Below, one piece after another: positions 12,401 through 27,400 of a stretch of DNA of 48,880 nt. Every line of letters starts with the position of its first letter. The first letter of the stretch is position 1. The notes beneath the pieces are model-generated. The model was not told the origin of the DNA. It worked only from the letters and a program-made list of their open reading frames with translations, and searched no databases. Made by a program: the position numbers and the translations under genes. Source of the stretch: Choristocarpus tenellus KU-1152 (taxonomy: Eukaryota; Protista; Phaeophyceae); assembly GCA_964200185.2 (NCBI GenBank), contig CAXNAD020000011.1, forward strand, positions 1 through 48,880, written 5' to 3'.

Positions 12401-15400
12401 CTTGGTATGCTCCACCATCCTGACAGGGGAGGCCTGTAGGTCACATTGAAGAAGTAGAACGTCACCATCCTTGGCAGATTCTGGTGAGAAGAAGTCTCTG
12501 ACCCTCTTCCTTAGGTCCCGTTCCTTTAAATTCACCATAAAAAAAAATACAGAGAGGGGGGTGGGACGTGGGATATTAAGGGAATATTCTCATAATCACA
12601 AGCTATACAAATGATCTCTAGACTCTACTCCAGAGGATATTATTCACAGGATTGTCATAATCTCTCCTGTATTACTTGTATCCAGGCCAATACCATATTT
12701 TATGCTCCAACTCAGGTAAAGGTATCTCCAATTGCAAATTGTAACAATCCTTGGTCCTCAATCCAGAGAAAATACGATATTCTTACACAAATTGCGTTCC
12801 ACTAACTTGCCAATAATTTCATACTAATATGTCAAGTGCAACGGTCTGTGAGAGGAAGGTGTTGTTGGCCAATGACCATGTGTGTAATGCCTGCTGAGAT
12901 TTTCATTTTTTTCTTTGTTCTCTTGAGGGAAAAGAGACTGGGTTTGTTCGCCTATGTTAGGATGCTCATCTTGTTGTTGATGGTCGAATGTTGTATCTAC
13001 CCGATTGTCACCACTCAACCTAGACGCTCTTGAAGTGCATATGGACATGTGAGCAATTTTGATCACTGTTGCTGAAAATTATTCTTGAATTGTGCATATC
13101 TTTCTGCCTATTGTTTCTCTATCTCTGTAGACTGTGAATGTAGCTGATGGATCTGTCTTTTTGGGCACATACGTGAGCCAAAGTATCTTAGAGGGTAGTG
13201 TCGCGTCCATTTGTGGATCAAAATTCAATGTTGCGATTTTGATGTAATTTTGGTTATCCTGTTTGTTAGGAAGTATCAATATCTATGTTTCGGATACACC
13301 TTTTCATAATGTGTACATTTACCTACTCCTAAATATTTTGGAGCAGGAAAATGTCATAAAAAACCCCCATTGGATCCAGGCCCCAAATGGACAAATAGGG
13401 CAAAACTCGTACCCTCTAAGATACTTTCACTCACGTACTACGTCTTTTTCACTCTCTTTTTTGTCTTCTAACCACTGGTTTGAATATGGTACTTGTCACT
13501 TTCTCCTCCTTGATGACATCAGCCCCCCAACTTTTTTTAGCATTACTTCGATGTACTTCAAACTATCATATCATATTCTATGAGTGTATCAACTACAGGA
13601 CATTGTCATTAAATCTTCCAACGAACTCCTCCTTGCAATCTCCACACTTGAGTCACGCTTTTACCTGGGACAGCTCGTGCATCACCACATGAAGAACATT
13701 CCATGCACCTCCACCAGGACAACATAGGTCCCTTACTGCAGCATCACCCTCTAGAGGTGCGTAGGTTGTCACCACAACACAACCACCAACAGAGCCCAAT
13801 TCGCCCTGGGTCCTGCCTGCAACAGTCGCACTGCTCATTCCTTGCCCACCCCAGGCAGGGAGTGTTACCCGTGCAAACTCTTCCAAAGATCCGTGTGTCT
13901 GGCATCGAAAATATTTCTCTAGTGAAATGGGTGTATTTTTGCGAATTTAGCGGTGCAAATGAGGGTGGAAAGAGAGAAAGAGACGTTGTCAATGGGTTTT
14001 GAAAAATATTCTGGGATCCTCACTACTTTAGATATCAGATGCAGTCGGTTATTGCATGGGAAAGGGTGGGGAGTTTACTAAACTATTACTTTGCAATAGT
14101 GTTTGGAACATGTGACATTGAGGTAATCTTCTCAGATACTTTTGGTATACTTTTCTACACTTTTCGTTCTACTTCAGGCTCTCACACTAATACAAAACGT
14201 ACCAGAACATACGAAGAGCAATATTTTTCCTGGATTTACAATTTAATCAAATCTGGAGGTGAGAAAAGGCATCTACACGGAACATCATTTCATGCGACTT
14301 GCACTATTCCTATTCTGTCTTCCAGACACAGTAACCAATGCAAACGGATAATTAACTTTACCTGCTGCTTCCTCTAGGTCAGTATGAGGTAAGGGCCGCC
14401 TTTTGTTGTGAATGTTTGTGTGCCGCATCAGCTGGCAAACAACCTCTGGTGCTGCCACCCACAGTAATTTCTCCATGCACATCTCGAATAGATCTGCCTC
14501 GTTAATATTGCACCACTCGTTATCATCTCCACCCTCATCTCTACTCCCGCCATTGGTTTCCCAATTACCTAACTCCCTTTTTGTGTGAAGGTCATCTCTC
14601 CCCTTTGTTTCTTCCACACCTCCATCTGATTGGGAATGACAGATGTTCCCGGTACGACTTTGGCAACTTCGTCCACTGCATCCAGCAAGCTCAACAACAG
14701 TAACTACCAGTGAAGGTAGAAAATCCTTGGAATATCCTGGGAAAGCCTTCCGCATCTTACCCCACCGAGCTGCTCTCGGAAACCAAGGATATAGGAGTGG
14801 GGGAGATTGTGGTAAGGATGGAGTAGGGTTATGTCAACATGTTCCATGCAGTCCAGAATTGATGTTCGGTAAGGATTGCATTTCTGGTTTTGTTGAGGCA
14901 TAATGCTACGATCAGATGTCCTAAAGTATGTGGGCAGGAAAGAGAACTCTAAGTCACTCCAACAGGATTTTTAGAATGGTAATGCTGGGATTAGGAAGTA
15001 TTGGGGTAGTCATGGTGCAGCTCGTACATGTGGGCACAAGATGAATAGCTACATTACGGTTTGATTAGTTTCTGGAGTAACGTAACAATATTTGGATAAC
15101 AGTAGTGGACTTGCTGTGCGGACCCAACAAAACTGGCATCACAAGGGATAGTTTTTAATTTGAGGATCCTTATGTTATCACCTGAGTCTCTCTGCCTGCC
15201 TTGACCACTAGCTAGGCCTATCGCGAAATCTTGGGTCAAATGCATCACCTGAGTGTAGAGGTCTGATGGTTGATAGAGGTCTAGACCTTCCCTCCAACTC
15301 AAGACCTGAAATGAAGTTCAGAGGAGAGGTGCGGAGTATGGAAATGATATGTATCACATGGACTAAAAATTGGGTTGCTTTCTGTATACTCACAAAATTG

Positions 15401-18400
15401 GACATTTTATTAGAAATAATGCCCCTAGGTAACCATGGCGTTTGACCGAACAATAATGTTGGTCACCTAGTCTGAATAATTGTTTCTATGATCTCTGTAA
15501 ACATTTACACAGGAGAAAGTAGTTCTTCTTGAGACGCCTACATAGAAATATGTACGCATTTTCTTTGAACTCTGTATCACTGCAACAATGCTTCTTTGTT
15601 TGGAAAATTGTATGGACACTACCTTCTCTTGTTCTCTAATAGAAACAACTATCACCTCGTCCTATAATTCTGTACCATTTGGAAAAATACATGCAAATTG
15701 ATTCTTCACGGAAACGAAGTGTAAAAAAATTATTTATGATTCTTGACTGAAATTGTTTTAACATCAGTACGGTTTTGCAGTACAGAGGGGAACCCCCTAT
15801 CTTAATATGCCACCGCTGTGTTCGGGAACTAATCACTGAGTTTGTTTTCACCCTTCTTGGAACATAATTTCCAAAACATACCCAATCCTAAACGTTAACC
15901 CTAACCCTAATTTGTGTGTTACGAGTATCCCTCACCAGCCAAGGAAGATTTCGAGAAGTGGTCCAGCAGTACAGTGTGCACTCTCGAGCCATCAAATCTC
16001 AAGGATACAGCACTTTTCACTTTTCACACAAACATTCTCGAAACCTAATCCTAACCTAGTCTGTGTGTGAAGAATAAAAATCCTAGGCTTTGTTTGGAGA
16101 AATGAAAAAGCATGGTACAGGTGGTTCCCCAAGACAGGAGGGTTCTCCTATGCACCTCAATAAGAAAAACACGGAAATTGAAGCCATGTGCAAAATGAAC
16201 AAAAAATACGAATTTTGGATTCCATTTAAACTGCACTCTCTATAAACTCAAGACACGGTAAATCATGTTCAGCCAAGTAGTGAATTGCAGTCTGAAGTTA
16301 CTACCTTGTCGATGGACATGCAATCGTTTTCTCCAAGTAGATTACCATAGTGACACACACAACAGGTTATTTTTTTACATCAGTAGGTGAAAGTTCTCAG
16401 CAGTGTATCGTAGGCTCGCCCACTCATACATACTTTGGTACGTATTATGATCGATTGCCATGGAAAAATTTAAATATCTGTCTTTTTCAATAATGCACAC
16501 CAACTGGCAGCTGGAATTTAGCTCAGTTCTCTGGAGTGATTTGAATTCATCCAGACGGTCATTTTTGAACAATCTCATCTCGAAGGGGAAGTGTTTTGAC
16601 GCCCTCTTGAGTATCCAAGGCCATTTAAATCCTCTACAGTAACCATTCCTGTACCTGAAACGCAGCTAACCTTACATACGAAAATGGGGCTGTAGAGGAG
16701 AAGACAAGCGTTCAACCACATAAGTGCAAAATTTTCCTTCACAGTTTTATTAGTAGGAGCACATGTACCAGAAGGGAGAGTTCTCTTCACATGTGAATCG
16801 ATGCCAAAACTGGCAAACAAAACACCCATGTCAGAATAAATTGAACAAAGAGTAAATCTATTTAGTGGTGATGGACTACAATAGGTAGGGACTCACCTGC
16901 TTCTCAAAGCGATTGAGAAGAGGAGGGGCGAGTTTCTCATATGCCTCGATGCTCTCCACCACGACCACAAGCCTGAGTATTACCGCCGCATATGTTTGAG
17001 AATTGTGCCCAGAACCCCACATGCGAACAAAGTATAATGATTGTTGGATTTGGAGAGCATGGCGTAATGAGGAAATGGAAGCAAGAACAAGTGCACAAAA
17101 CTGTGTAGGGATTCTAAAGTGTGAGGATCGAGGGTGTCGTATCAAGAGGGCTTCCTGGGTGAGAACAGTAATTTTCTGCTTTAGGCTAGATGTTCTTTCT
17201 TTTTTTTCCAACTGTCCCTGTTAACAGGGAAAATCAAATGTTTGAACGCTACTTCTGCCTTGAACGCATTCAGTGGTCAATAAGTATGAAATTACTTACA
17301 ACAAGAGTTTTGGTACAAAAATATTTACATGCATGTACCTCACTTTGAAATTTAGTGAACTATTTCTGCATCAAAAATATTGCCTTAGGCCGTTAGAGTT
17401 TGGTGGAGGAAGTATAAGGCGTCTCATGGTATAATAGCACATGAAACTCAACTGTGGGGCTGAACACTCTGTACTGTTGAAATTAGATTGCGTGTTAGAT
17501 GGATCAGTGGAAGTATCTTAGAGGTTACGAGTTTTGATCTGTTTGTCAATTTGAGGCTTGGCTTCCCATGGGTTCTTTTTTGACATTTTGCCAGTGTATG
17601 TCTTATGAAAAGGTGTGTCCGGAACAAGGATATTGACACTTCCTAACAAACACGATAGCCAAAGTTACATCAAAATTGCAACATTGGATTTTGGCCCCCA
17701 AGTAGACGCGACTCTATCCTCTAAGATACTTTGGCTCTACTTGCCTTCCCGAATGTGTCATACTTGGTTTAATACCATAGGAATAGAGGAGTATGGTTGG
17801 TCTCTGAATTTGTGATCCAGTGGAGACGAACCACCCACATTGTTGTGGGGTAGACATTTCCAACTCTCATATACAACATTGAGTTGATTCAACTATTTAA
17901 GCCTGATGCAAAATAAATGAAAGGAGACAAGACCTTCCTACAATTTTCTTCTGCTCATTACTCTTGTATTCTTGGGTTCAATATAATACACGGGTACAGA
18001 GTCACACATTGTTCCATATGTAGTCTTCTTCGAAGTCTTGAAGCTCATAACACAATCTTTCCATTTTCTTGTGAGCCTGAGAGGATCAGTCCAACATTCC
18101 AAATTCTTATTATTTTTCGTCTAGGATGGGTTCAAAAACCGTATTAACCACACTCTTCCCCTTTCCTGTAATTTTCTTGGACCTGCTAGAAAAGTGAAAA
18201 CATGTTCCTAAATTGTGGACTTCTAAGCCTGAAGATTCCTAATCAATATCGTAACTTCTATCACTGTGTAAGTGTTCCAAACTAACTCGTCCCCTTCAGA
18301 GGTGCTATACCTGAACTTTGGATCAAGGGGGCAGAGTTGGCTGTGAGCTCCCATAGCCAAGCGCACGTAAAGCCTTCCGGCACACTCAATGTAGTGTTGG

Positions 18401-21400
18401 TTGAGGAGGTCATACAAAGACTCATACATGCGTTCACAGTGCACCAGAATAACCGTCCCACCCCGAGCCATGCATGCTTTAACTGTCTGGATGTTCAGAC
18501 AGACCTATTGTATCAGAAAAAACAGCATTGAGGTAGTGGAGATGAGGGTTGGAGTACAGGAGGTTAAACTCAGGACAAGTGAACCAAGTCTCCGCTTGCC
18601 TATATACGGTTCGACAGTTATGAGTGCCATAGCACCGTAAGCAGCATTCACAAATCAAGAAAAGAGGTCTAGGAGAGAGAAATGTGGAAAGGTTCCTTCC
18701 ATTTGTTGCTGCAGTAATCATCTATGGAATTTCTTCTCCAGATTTTGGGTCCTTACGCTTGAAGGCTTGTCTGTTAAGTGTTTGCCAGCAAAAGGTCAGC
18801 AGTAGAACACCTTGCAGTGTTGAATTGGTTCAGAGAGAAAAGGAAATATACAACACGATTCCACCGCTGGGTCCCTTCAAGCGAGAGTTATTTCTATTTT
18901 TTACAAATTATACTGGTTTACCTTCACTGAACTCACATGCGCACTTAACATACCTGCATGTCTGTCCTGTCACCAGGGAAGTCACTGCCGAAAAGCACCT
19001 CGGTGGTCTTATGGTCTAGGAGCTTCATATCAAAGAGCAGACTCAATGCTGCATTGTTCTTTGTCAGTAGCATGAGATGACGGGCCTGAGGAGAGGTAAG
19101 CGCGGGCTTGGTGAAGATGTGAGAGTGTGATTCCAAAATGTCGGAGATGTTCAGGTTTTTCTCAATACTGTGAAAAAGAAAAATTGCGGTGTATGAGAGA
19201 CAGGATTTCGATCGTTGAGGTAATGGTAGGGAGACAGAAACTGTTAATCATGCACTTTCGAAGTATATGGGAAGAATAATCCGATATGTGCCATAAAAAA
19301 AAATCCGTTATATGCCATAATAAACTGTCTCTAGAAGATTTCGAAATTGCATGCTCGATATTGCTCCATTGAAGTTCTATTTTCCAAATAACAATAAAAT
19401 TCCTGCTTCTGTGCATAGAACGTAGGTGGACATACTACGATGGACTCCAATTTCGCTCGGCGGTAAAGGGGATTATACTGCTTCTCATCCCAACCATCAA
19501 CAAGACCAATAGTCAACGATCTAGCAGCTGTGGTCCCTCAGTACCCATCGTTTCCCCTAGCATTCATATTCCTCAATCATGAATCCAGTCTACATATGGC
19601 ACAGGTCCGACTTGAAGATATCAAGAAGCACATTAACAATCATTAAGATCAGCACCAAAATCAATAATGACCAATTTTCTGACTGGACGGCGGCTGAGGC
19701 TGACCTGAATGAGCTAATTCGCGTCACCTCCATAATACATCGATTAATATTCACATTATGTCAATGAATACATCATTCTGACTGAAGTGCCTTTGTGTTC
19801 TCTATCATGAGCCACAGTTCACAGCTGTATTTGAGGCTCGGGAGTAAACTAGAAGAATTATATTTACAGACACATAACAACTCCTACGGATATTGCTTCA
19901 TCCCCAATCATCCACAGAACAATCTCAGCTGTCGGGATCCGGATAAACTTGACAGAAAATATATTGCATTGTAGATCCTCAAACCTGTGGCTCCGCAAGG
20001 TTGTCACATATCAGCTCATCTACTGTTGGTAAAGTAGAAACCGGAGGCGGGGATTGTTGAAGGAGCTCTGTGAAGAAAGCTTTCAAAACTTCTAACGTTT
20101 CAGACTGGGGCCTGACATGAAGTAACAGGGGCAACAAGAAAAGAAACAAAACAAGTCAGCTCAAATTCTACTATGGCACTAAGCTGAGCAGTTTGTAAGA
20201 AGTACTCCGTATGTCTCGACAAGGTTGGCAAAAAATAACACACCAAAATCCGTGTATTAGGGGTCTGATGTGTAGGACTTGCAACGCCATGATGTGCCAA
20301 TGAGAATCCATTTGAGTGGTACTAACATTCGAAGTGAATTCCATAATATCTCAGACAAAGTATCCTTCTGACAATCCTGGCGATCATCTTTAAAAGTTCC
20401 AACTCGTTGAATATTGGCAACAAGCACTACAACAAATTTAGCATATATTATGAGTCAGAATGCAGAAATATATCTGTCTGTATTGATGGTCACAAACATA
20501 ATCTGCTTCCCAATTGAAATCATGACCGTGCAACAACATTCAACAAACCTTCCACCATAGTTCCGAAGCACCACTCGAACAAGCGTGTCAGGTGGAATGT
20601 ATATGTGGTCATGGTCGACACCTATAGAAGAACTAATCGAGTCATGACCTTTGTTATCCTCTGAAGTAGCATGGTTCCTGGTAGGGATGAAATTCATTCA
20701 AGTTGATTCAGAGCACATTATTGTTATTCTGTGGCAAGGGATCGTCTGCCCGAGTACAAACATATGTTGCACAAGAATTGACGACAACACAAAACATAAT
20801 ACCAACCCATCCCAAAGCATCAGCAGTGATAATCTGGAAGCTATATCGAAGTGCTTGCACCAATCTTCATGTAGCACCGTGTAGGTGTGGACGGTGGAAT
20901 TTCTGTGTAACTGTCATGCTGTTCTATCTCTAACTTCAACCATAACCCAAGTTGACTGAGTAGGTCCTAGTTCGGAGAACCGCTTAGACATTAGTTTGCT
21001 GTCTAGACTCAAATGTAAGACTCTGTTATTGGTGGCAACTGAGAGTACTCCTGCAATTCAGGAGTTGTGGTAGTCACTCAGCAATAGACGGCAAAAGAAG
21101 CACACCATATTCCTGAGTCAGAGGTGATGAATGTACAGTATCTTTTTTTCTATTTTCAAGGAATAGGACCCCTAAGTGGAATCAAACGTTCAGGTTTCGG
21201 CTATCATTTTCTTAGGGACGAACTATTACTTCGAAGTACAAAAGAGTCACTCAATATTGCTTTCGTTGAAGGACGTGGTGCTAGATGTATATTATCTTCA
21301 ACACATAACCAACAACATAAAGCAACGGCCACCCAATTACATACAAAAAAATTATTGACAATACAGCAAGCCCAAATCCTTCTCTAAGTCAGGTGCACCT

Positions 21401-24400
21401 CCCAACCAAACGTAATCTAAAAATGCCGCCAGAAGCCCAAACATTAGAACCACCTCCAAACCTGAGATAGTGATCAACTCCTCGTACTGTTGAGTAGAAC
21501 TCTCTGAGGCCCCAGAAATCAGCATGTCTTTGCTGATTGTAGACTGATTTGTATGCCCGTGCCAGTCCATTTAGATATTTTCCTATTTTCCTAGTCTTAT
21601 GCCGCTTGCCACAGTTCCTGCTACGGTCAACACTTGCACTAGTCATTCCCTTTGCAGTAAGTGCTAGGTCTTCAACTGTTGGAGGAGGACGGTGGATGTG
21701 TACAGCACGATTCATCTTGGCAGGGTCTAGTGCCCAGTTTGATATGCCTACCAATGTCTCCCCATCTTGTGCCTCATCCAATATCTTATGGAGAACCTGG
21801 CATTGGGGTTAGGGATACCTTTTTAAGGATTTCAGGGAATAGAACTCTAGAACAGCACCTTGTACTTAAATTCCGTTCTCTTTTTGTTGATAATGTTTGT
21901 ATCATAGTCATCCATAGTGTGCTGCATTGGAATCTTCAGAGTGAGTACAATAAATCCTCTACATCTCCATCATTCCTACTCCGTACTTTAGTGCGTATCA
22001 TGATGAGGGATGGTAATTTCGGATGACTCATTTCTTTAGAAGTAACACGAGGAATAAAAGGTACATCCACTCTGGTTAGAATTTACTGCAGAGGACTCTT
22101 CAATTTCCAGATCGCTTCAAGGAGAAAGAGCTGCTTCCGTTGAACAAGGAATACCATTCGAACTGCATCCAAAACCTCTCTGCATCCCCATCATATGACA
22201 TTGCACTTGAGTACGTGCAAAGTGCAAGACTCAATTTGGAAGAGAATAAAATATCACCTTCAAGGGAAGGTGAGGAGATTGTTCAGCAAGACCAACTTCA
22301 TCCAGGAGTACAACCACAACAGTGTTTGGTGCTGAGTGGTGGTAATCTCTAGCTTGCTTAAATGTCTGCACGTGGGTGGCGGAGGGCAAGGTACATGATT
22401 AGGCTTATAAATATCTTAATTCACTGTGTTGTGGATGATAGATTTTTTGCAATATGGAGAAGTCACCAGTATGTTACTAGGAATTCATTGTTGAGTACTA
22501 CAATACTTCGAAGTATAGAAGAAGGACAACTCCATCTAATACCATAATCCTTATTGTTGAAATGTTGAGCTATCACAAGCTGATCAACAAGGGAAATACT
22601 GAGGTATCAAATATATTGATATTTACATCAAGGAAATGGGCCTATTGATGAAAGACTATTCAGGCAAGGTTATTCCTTGGCGTCTGAGCACCATGCTACA
22701 AAAAACAAGAGTTCCAAACAAAATATCTACTTCTCAAACCACATGCTACATAAATTCCCTTTCTAATACAGCGTATTCCTCAATGCCCTTGCCATTATCC
22801 TCCTCTTTCACCTGAAGTATACTCTGGCTAGTAGACATCGGTGAGCACTGGTGAAAAAAGACCTCTACTGCCGGAAGTGATCTTAGGAAAGCGTTGGTGC
22901 TAGCCTGGCCACGTAGATTATCTACGAGCACACTGATAGCAAGGGACTTTGAAGATCTGGGCTTGCCCACCACAAAGACCGGGATGCTGTTGAGTACGCT
23001 CACAAGGAGCACAAATAAGTTCTCGCTCAAAGCTTCATTTGCAGCTACTGCTGGTCCAAGGATCATGTTCTCTGATGAGGTTTTGTGTCAACATAGGGAG
23101 GTCAACGGATATAGGTGGGAAGATGGTCAAGAAAGAAATGCACTACCATGGAGGAACAGTACATAGGGTGTTATTTGCAAATGGGTAAAGAAAGAACACG
23201 ACAAACAAACCTCATGAGCATCAGTACCATGCCAATATACAAGTCACCACAATCAAATCATATCACTGAACAGGTACAGACAGCAAAGGTGAATTAGACC
23301 AGCACAAGAACAACAAGTGGTAGCGCAACCACCATATGGGTTGCTCTCGCCCCACGGCTTTCCATGTATGTGCTCAATAGTGCATAAGCAACAGCAGCAT
23401 GCCCTCCCTAACTACTGTAACGTTCATCATCGCCCGCCTTACCGTCCAATTCTCTCATAGCATAATGAGGTAGCTTCATCAAAGTATTCCTCGTGAAAGG
23501 CCCGGAGTCCAGTCATACTGCCTTCTAGAGGGTGTAAATTAATCTAATCTTCGGGATATCTCATCATCTATGCAGACAGAAATATAGACGGCTTTCATTA
23601 TAAAATGATTATCCTTCTTTCTACTAGTTTGGTTTATTCCGAAGGCGAATTGCTGCAGACCTGGCAACAGTTTTTACTGGGGTCTTCTACTCGCAGTTTT
23701 GTCCTTAAATGATTTCGTTCTGCTGGTCACCCTTTGAGCAATTTTCGCACTGTTCGTAATTTTTCTACACTGAGGTTGTCACTCTCACCTTGTTCATAGG
23801 AGTCACACCCATTGCTTGAGGGAATGTATAATCTTGTGATGTCTCTGTTCTCTATGGGTTCTACTGGTCCTAATTCTCGATGTTTGGAGATCCTGGTGTT
23901 TTTTTTCTAAACATTTATAATCGGTATTGAATCCAGAAAGGGTACTCATTTGTGAAAGTTAAGTTTTGTCTTCCCACACAGCCTCAAAATATATACAAAA
24001 TATCTACTACAAATTGTCTCTGGTGCATTCATAACATCTGTCAAATTTGACGTCATACTGGACACACACCTAAATTGGAAGACTGAGGACACATCAGGGA
24101 TTATTCACTGGAAAGATTGTGCAGTGACAACATTGTCCTTGAGTTCAAGATGCTTCATAATGTCATTTACTGAACACAATACCCTCCGAATAGTCACTCT
24201 CACCAACAGTTTTTTGTGTACTCCTCCGCACAATGCTGGTAAACCATGTCTTCTTCATTATTAACTCATACTTGTGCCCACAAACTGTGATTGCCCGGCA
24301 GATATCCTCAACAAGAACATCCCGATCAGGCCTTCGGCACCACCAAATATGGGGAATGGAGAAGAAAAGTTAGTGCTGTTTTCCTTCCTCAGTAATTATA

Positions 24401-27400
24401 TGGACATAATTATCCATTGAAGACGCTAGTGGTGGTATCAGAATAAAGGGGTAGTGGTACGGTATGTTTGGCAATTATATGTGGAAAGTAATGGTGGGGG
24501 TACTACCATACATTTTTTTGCATTACCAGGTACAGCAATGCAAATTCAAGAATATAATTAAATGTCTCAAAGGTAGACACACCTCTACACAGTGCATTCA
24601 TATGAGCCAAAGTATCTTAGAGGGTAGAGCCGCGTCCATTTGGGGGCCAAAATCCACTGCTGCGATTTTGATATTATTTTGGCTATATTGTTTGTTAGGA
24701 AGCGCCAATATCCTTGTTCCAGACACACGTTTTCATGACTTATGCATTTTACCAACTCCAAAATATTTTGGAGTAGGAAAATGTCATAAAAACCCCGAGG
24801 GAAGCCAAACCCCAAATGGACAAACAGGGCAAAATTCGTACCCTCTAAGATACTTTCACCAATATCTAAAATGCACACAAACCTTGAGAGTCGTGCGAGG
24901 TAAGAGTATGCCAGGGAAAGTACCATAGCCTGCATTGCAGCCCTCTTAGACTTGTCGTCTTCACAACGGAAAAGCCTTGCCAAACTCCTCACTGGAGTAG
25001 AGAAACCAACGAGGCTGTTGCTGCCATGTCTCACCCACTCTTTCCCAAGCCACACAAAGACCTATAAGATTTGAGTTTATGATGTGTTGTTTGGGTGGCG
25101 TAAGTGGATGTAGTTGTGTGGGAAGGATTGGTAAGGGTTTTGAGGATTATCAAATCATCACGTTCTAAGACACCAATGTCAATCTTGTTAGTCAAAGCGA
25201 GACTTTAGATTGTGATCACACTTTGAACTAAATTTGGTGTTGTTCAGGTAAATATTATGAAAAAGTAGAACGTTTAATGTTTCTTTTTTGAAGTGTTGTG
25301 AGGTAGAGGTCTAGAAATATATTCATAAATCGACAACTGATATAATCATATTCTATTTGAAATGAGACATAGCCCGTTCACTGTGCAAATTTTCGCACTA
25401 TACAATATCATTTTCCTCTTGTTGTTTCAAGTTTATGGCAAAACCGCTCACCAAGACAAAATAATGTATCCCCTACAAATGTAGTGCTGCGAAAATGGTT
25501 CTATGAATGGGTATAGTCAGGAGAGGCAAACGGAGGAATGCGTACATGATCAAATGAGATCAAAACAGATCAATAGTTCTTATAGTGTACCCAACAAATA
25601 TTTAAAAGTCTACGTTAGATATCCTACTACGTATACATGCTCCGAAGAATATTACATATTCCTGGCTCTATTTGGTAGTTGAGATCCTTCAACAACGAGA
25701 GTCCTCAACAGTAATACCAAAATAAACACAACTCACAGGCAATACTCACACTACTAAAATGTAAAATAGCGGATGTGCCAAAATTTGTAGATACCTTGAG
25801 TTCACCCTACAAGTTCCCCTATACCCCATCACTCCATCACCAACGATCACCTAGTCACCATTCTGGAAGCATATCGTATGTTCCAAGCCCCTAGGTCAAA
25901 TGAACGTCTCACCTTGATGCAACGAGATACATCCCTCAAAGATACTGTGGCCCTCTCACCACTAAAGAGGGTACGCAAACTTTCTTGTGCTGTACAGAGT
26001 GCCTCTGAAAAGACCTCTACCAATCCACAAATGGAACTCTCTCCCTGATCTGCATCAGAAAATTGAAAATATTAGAAAAACTCTAGGTTAGTCCCGTGCT
26101 AATGATGGTACGGTCTTACTGTTCTCAGCATCTTAAGTGTACAGGAGAGCTCCCTGTCTTCGGGGAACATCCACTGCGGTACTGTTTTTATTTCTTCAAA
26201 TGAATTATGGGATTATTGTTTTAATGTGGTTGAGGTTAGGATTAATGTTAGGGTGAAGGCTCAATTATCGAAAATGACAGTGAAAAGGTGAGGAGCGATA
26301 CGTCCTCGAGATGTTATGGCTCCCCAGTTCACACTATACTCCTCCCCCACTTGTCGTAGAATGTTCGCTTGGCTGGATAGGGATATTTTTCACACACGTT
26401 TAGGGTTGTGGTTACAGATAGTTCAGGTTTGGGATTTTAAAATGTCTTCTAAGAAATTAGAAAAAACAATGAAAGTGAGGTTCCCGGAGATTGGGAGGTT
26501 ACCCTGTGTACTGGAATATGCTACATTCTAAAGAGTAAAGGTATCTTAAAGGGTACGAGTTTTGCCCTGTTTGTCTGTTTGGGGCTTGGCTTCCCACCGA
26601 TTTTTTTAAGACATTTTCCTATTCCGAAATGTTTCAGAATTGGTAAAATGTGTACATTTTAGAGTAGGTTTCATGTATGAAACTATGAAAAGGTGTGTCC
26701 GGAACAAGGATATTGGCACTTCCTCAAAAACACGATAACCAAAATTATATCAAAATTGTAACATTGGATTCTGGCCCCCAAACGGACGCGGCTCTATCCT
26801 CTCAGATACTTTCACTCAAAACGTGTTTTTAACCTTGTCGTGTCACTGGTTTGAGGTTTCCATGCTAGTGCTATGTACTACAAGACAACTCGTAGTTCAC
26901 TACTTTGGAAATAGATGGACAATATCTTCTCAAAATCAACTGTCAAGTCGATTGAGTTGTTGGACACAATATCAACAAGGAAGATGTAAGACGGATGATT
27001 GGTTTGACCTAAGATTTTTGTTGCTCCTACATACCCACCCATGAATGGAGCCAAAAATCAACTACCCACCACATCCTTCCCAAAGAACTCTCTTGATCAT
27101 CGCCACTATATATTGGCGCTCGGTGGATTTCTCCAAGGCACCATAGTCCATCACATGGTCAACAAGAGACTCGTGGAGGGGGTGTACTCTGTACACCAGA
27201 TCCTGATATAGGTATCAGCGATAGGACAACAGTTGGAAATAGGTTTCAGGACGTGGTATTGGTGGGTAACAACGGTGAGGTTAGGTCGCTACTCTTGCAA
27301 GTATTGCTTAGAATATAGAGTAGATCTACAGCAGGCAGTAGATCAATTTGCCAATGGTTTTCTATTTCCATTGCGTACTGCTCTAGAGCGAGACAGGACA

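Noticed and set aside
15896-15910. TAACCCTAACCCTAA telomere-like motif
   Set aside because: Only about 2.5 units; too short to call an interstitial telomere.
15935-15998. Possible extra exon (FDGSRVHTVLLDHFSKSSLA) with AG/GT ends
   Set aside because: Its phase does not fit; 16897 joins 15305 in frame without it.
16375-16829. Short intronic ORFs as a possible decayed transposase partner for the MITEs
   Set aside because: No recognisable DDE/DDD or DNA-binding motifs and no flanking TIRs.
23440-23890. Alternative exon candidates in the AAA3-AAA4 linker
   Set aside because: They do not give a phase-consistent path to 23071, whereas 24204-24331 does.
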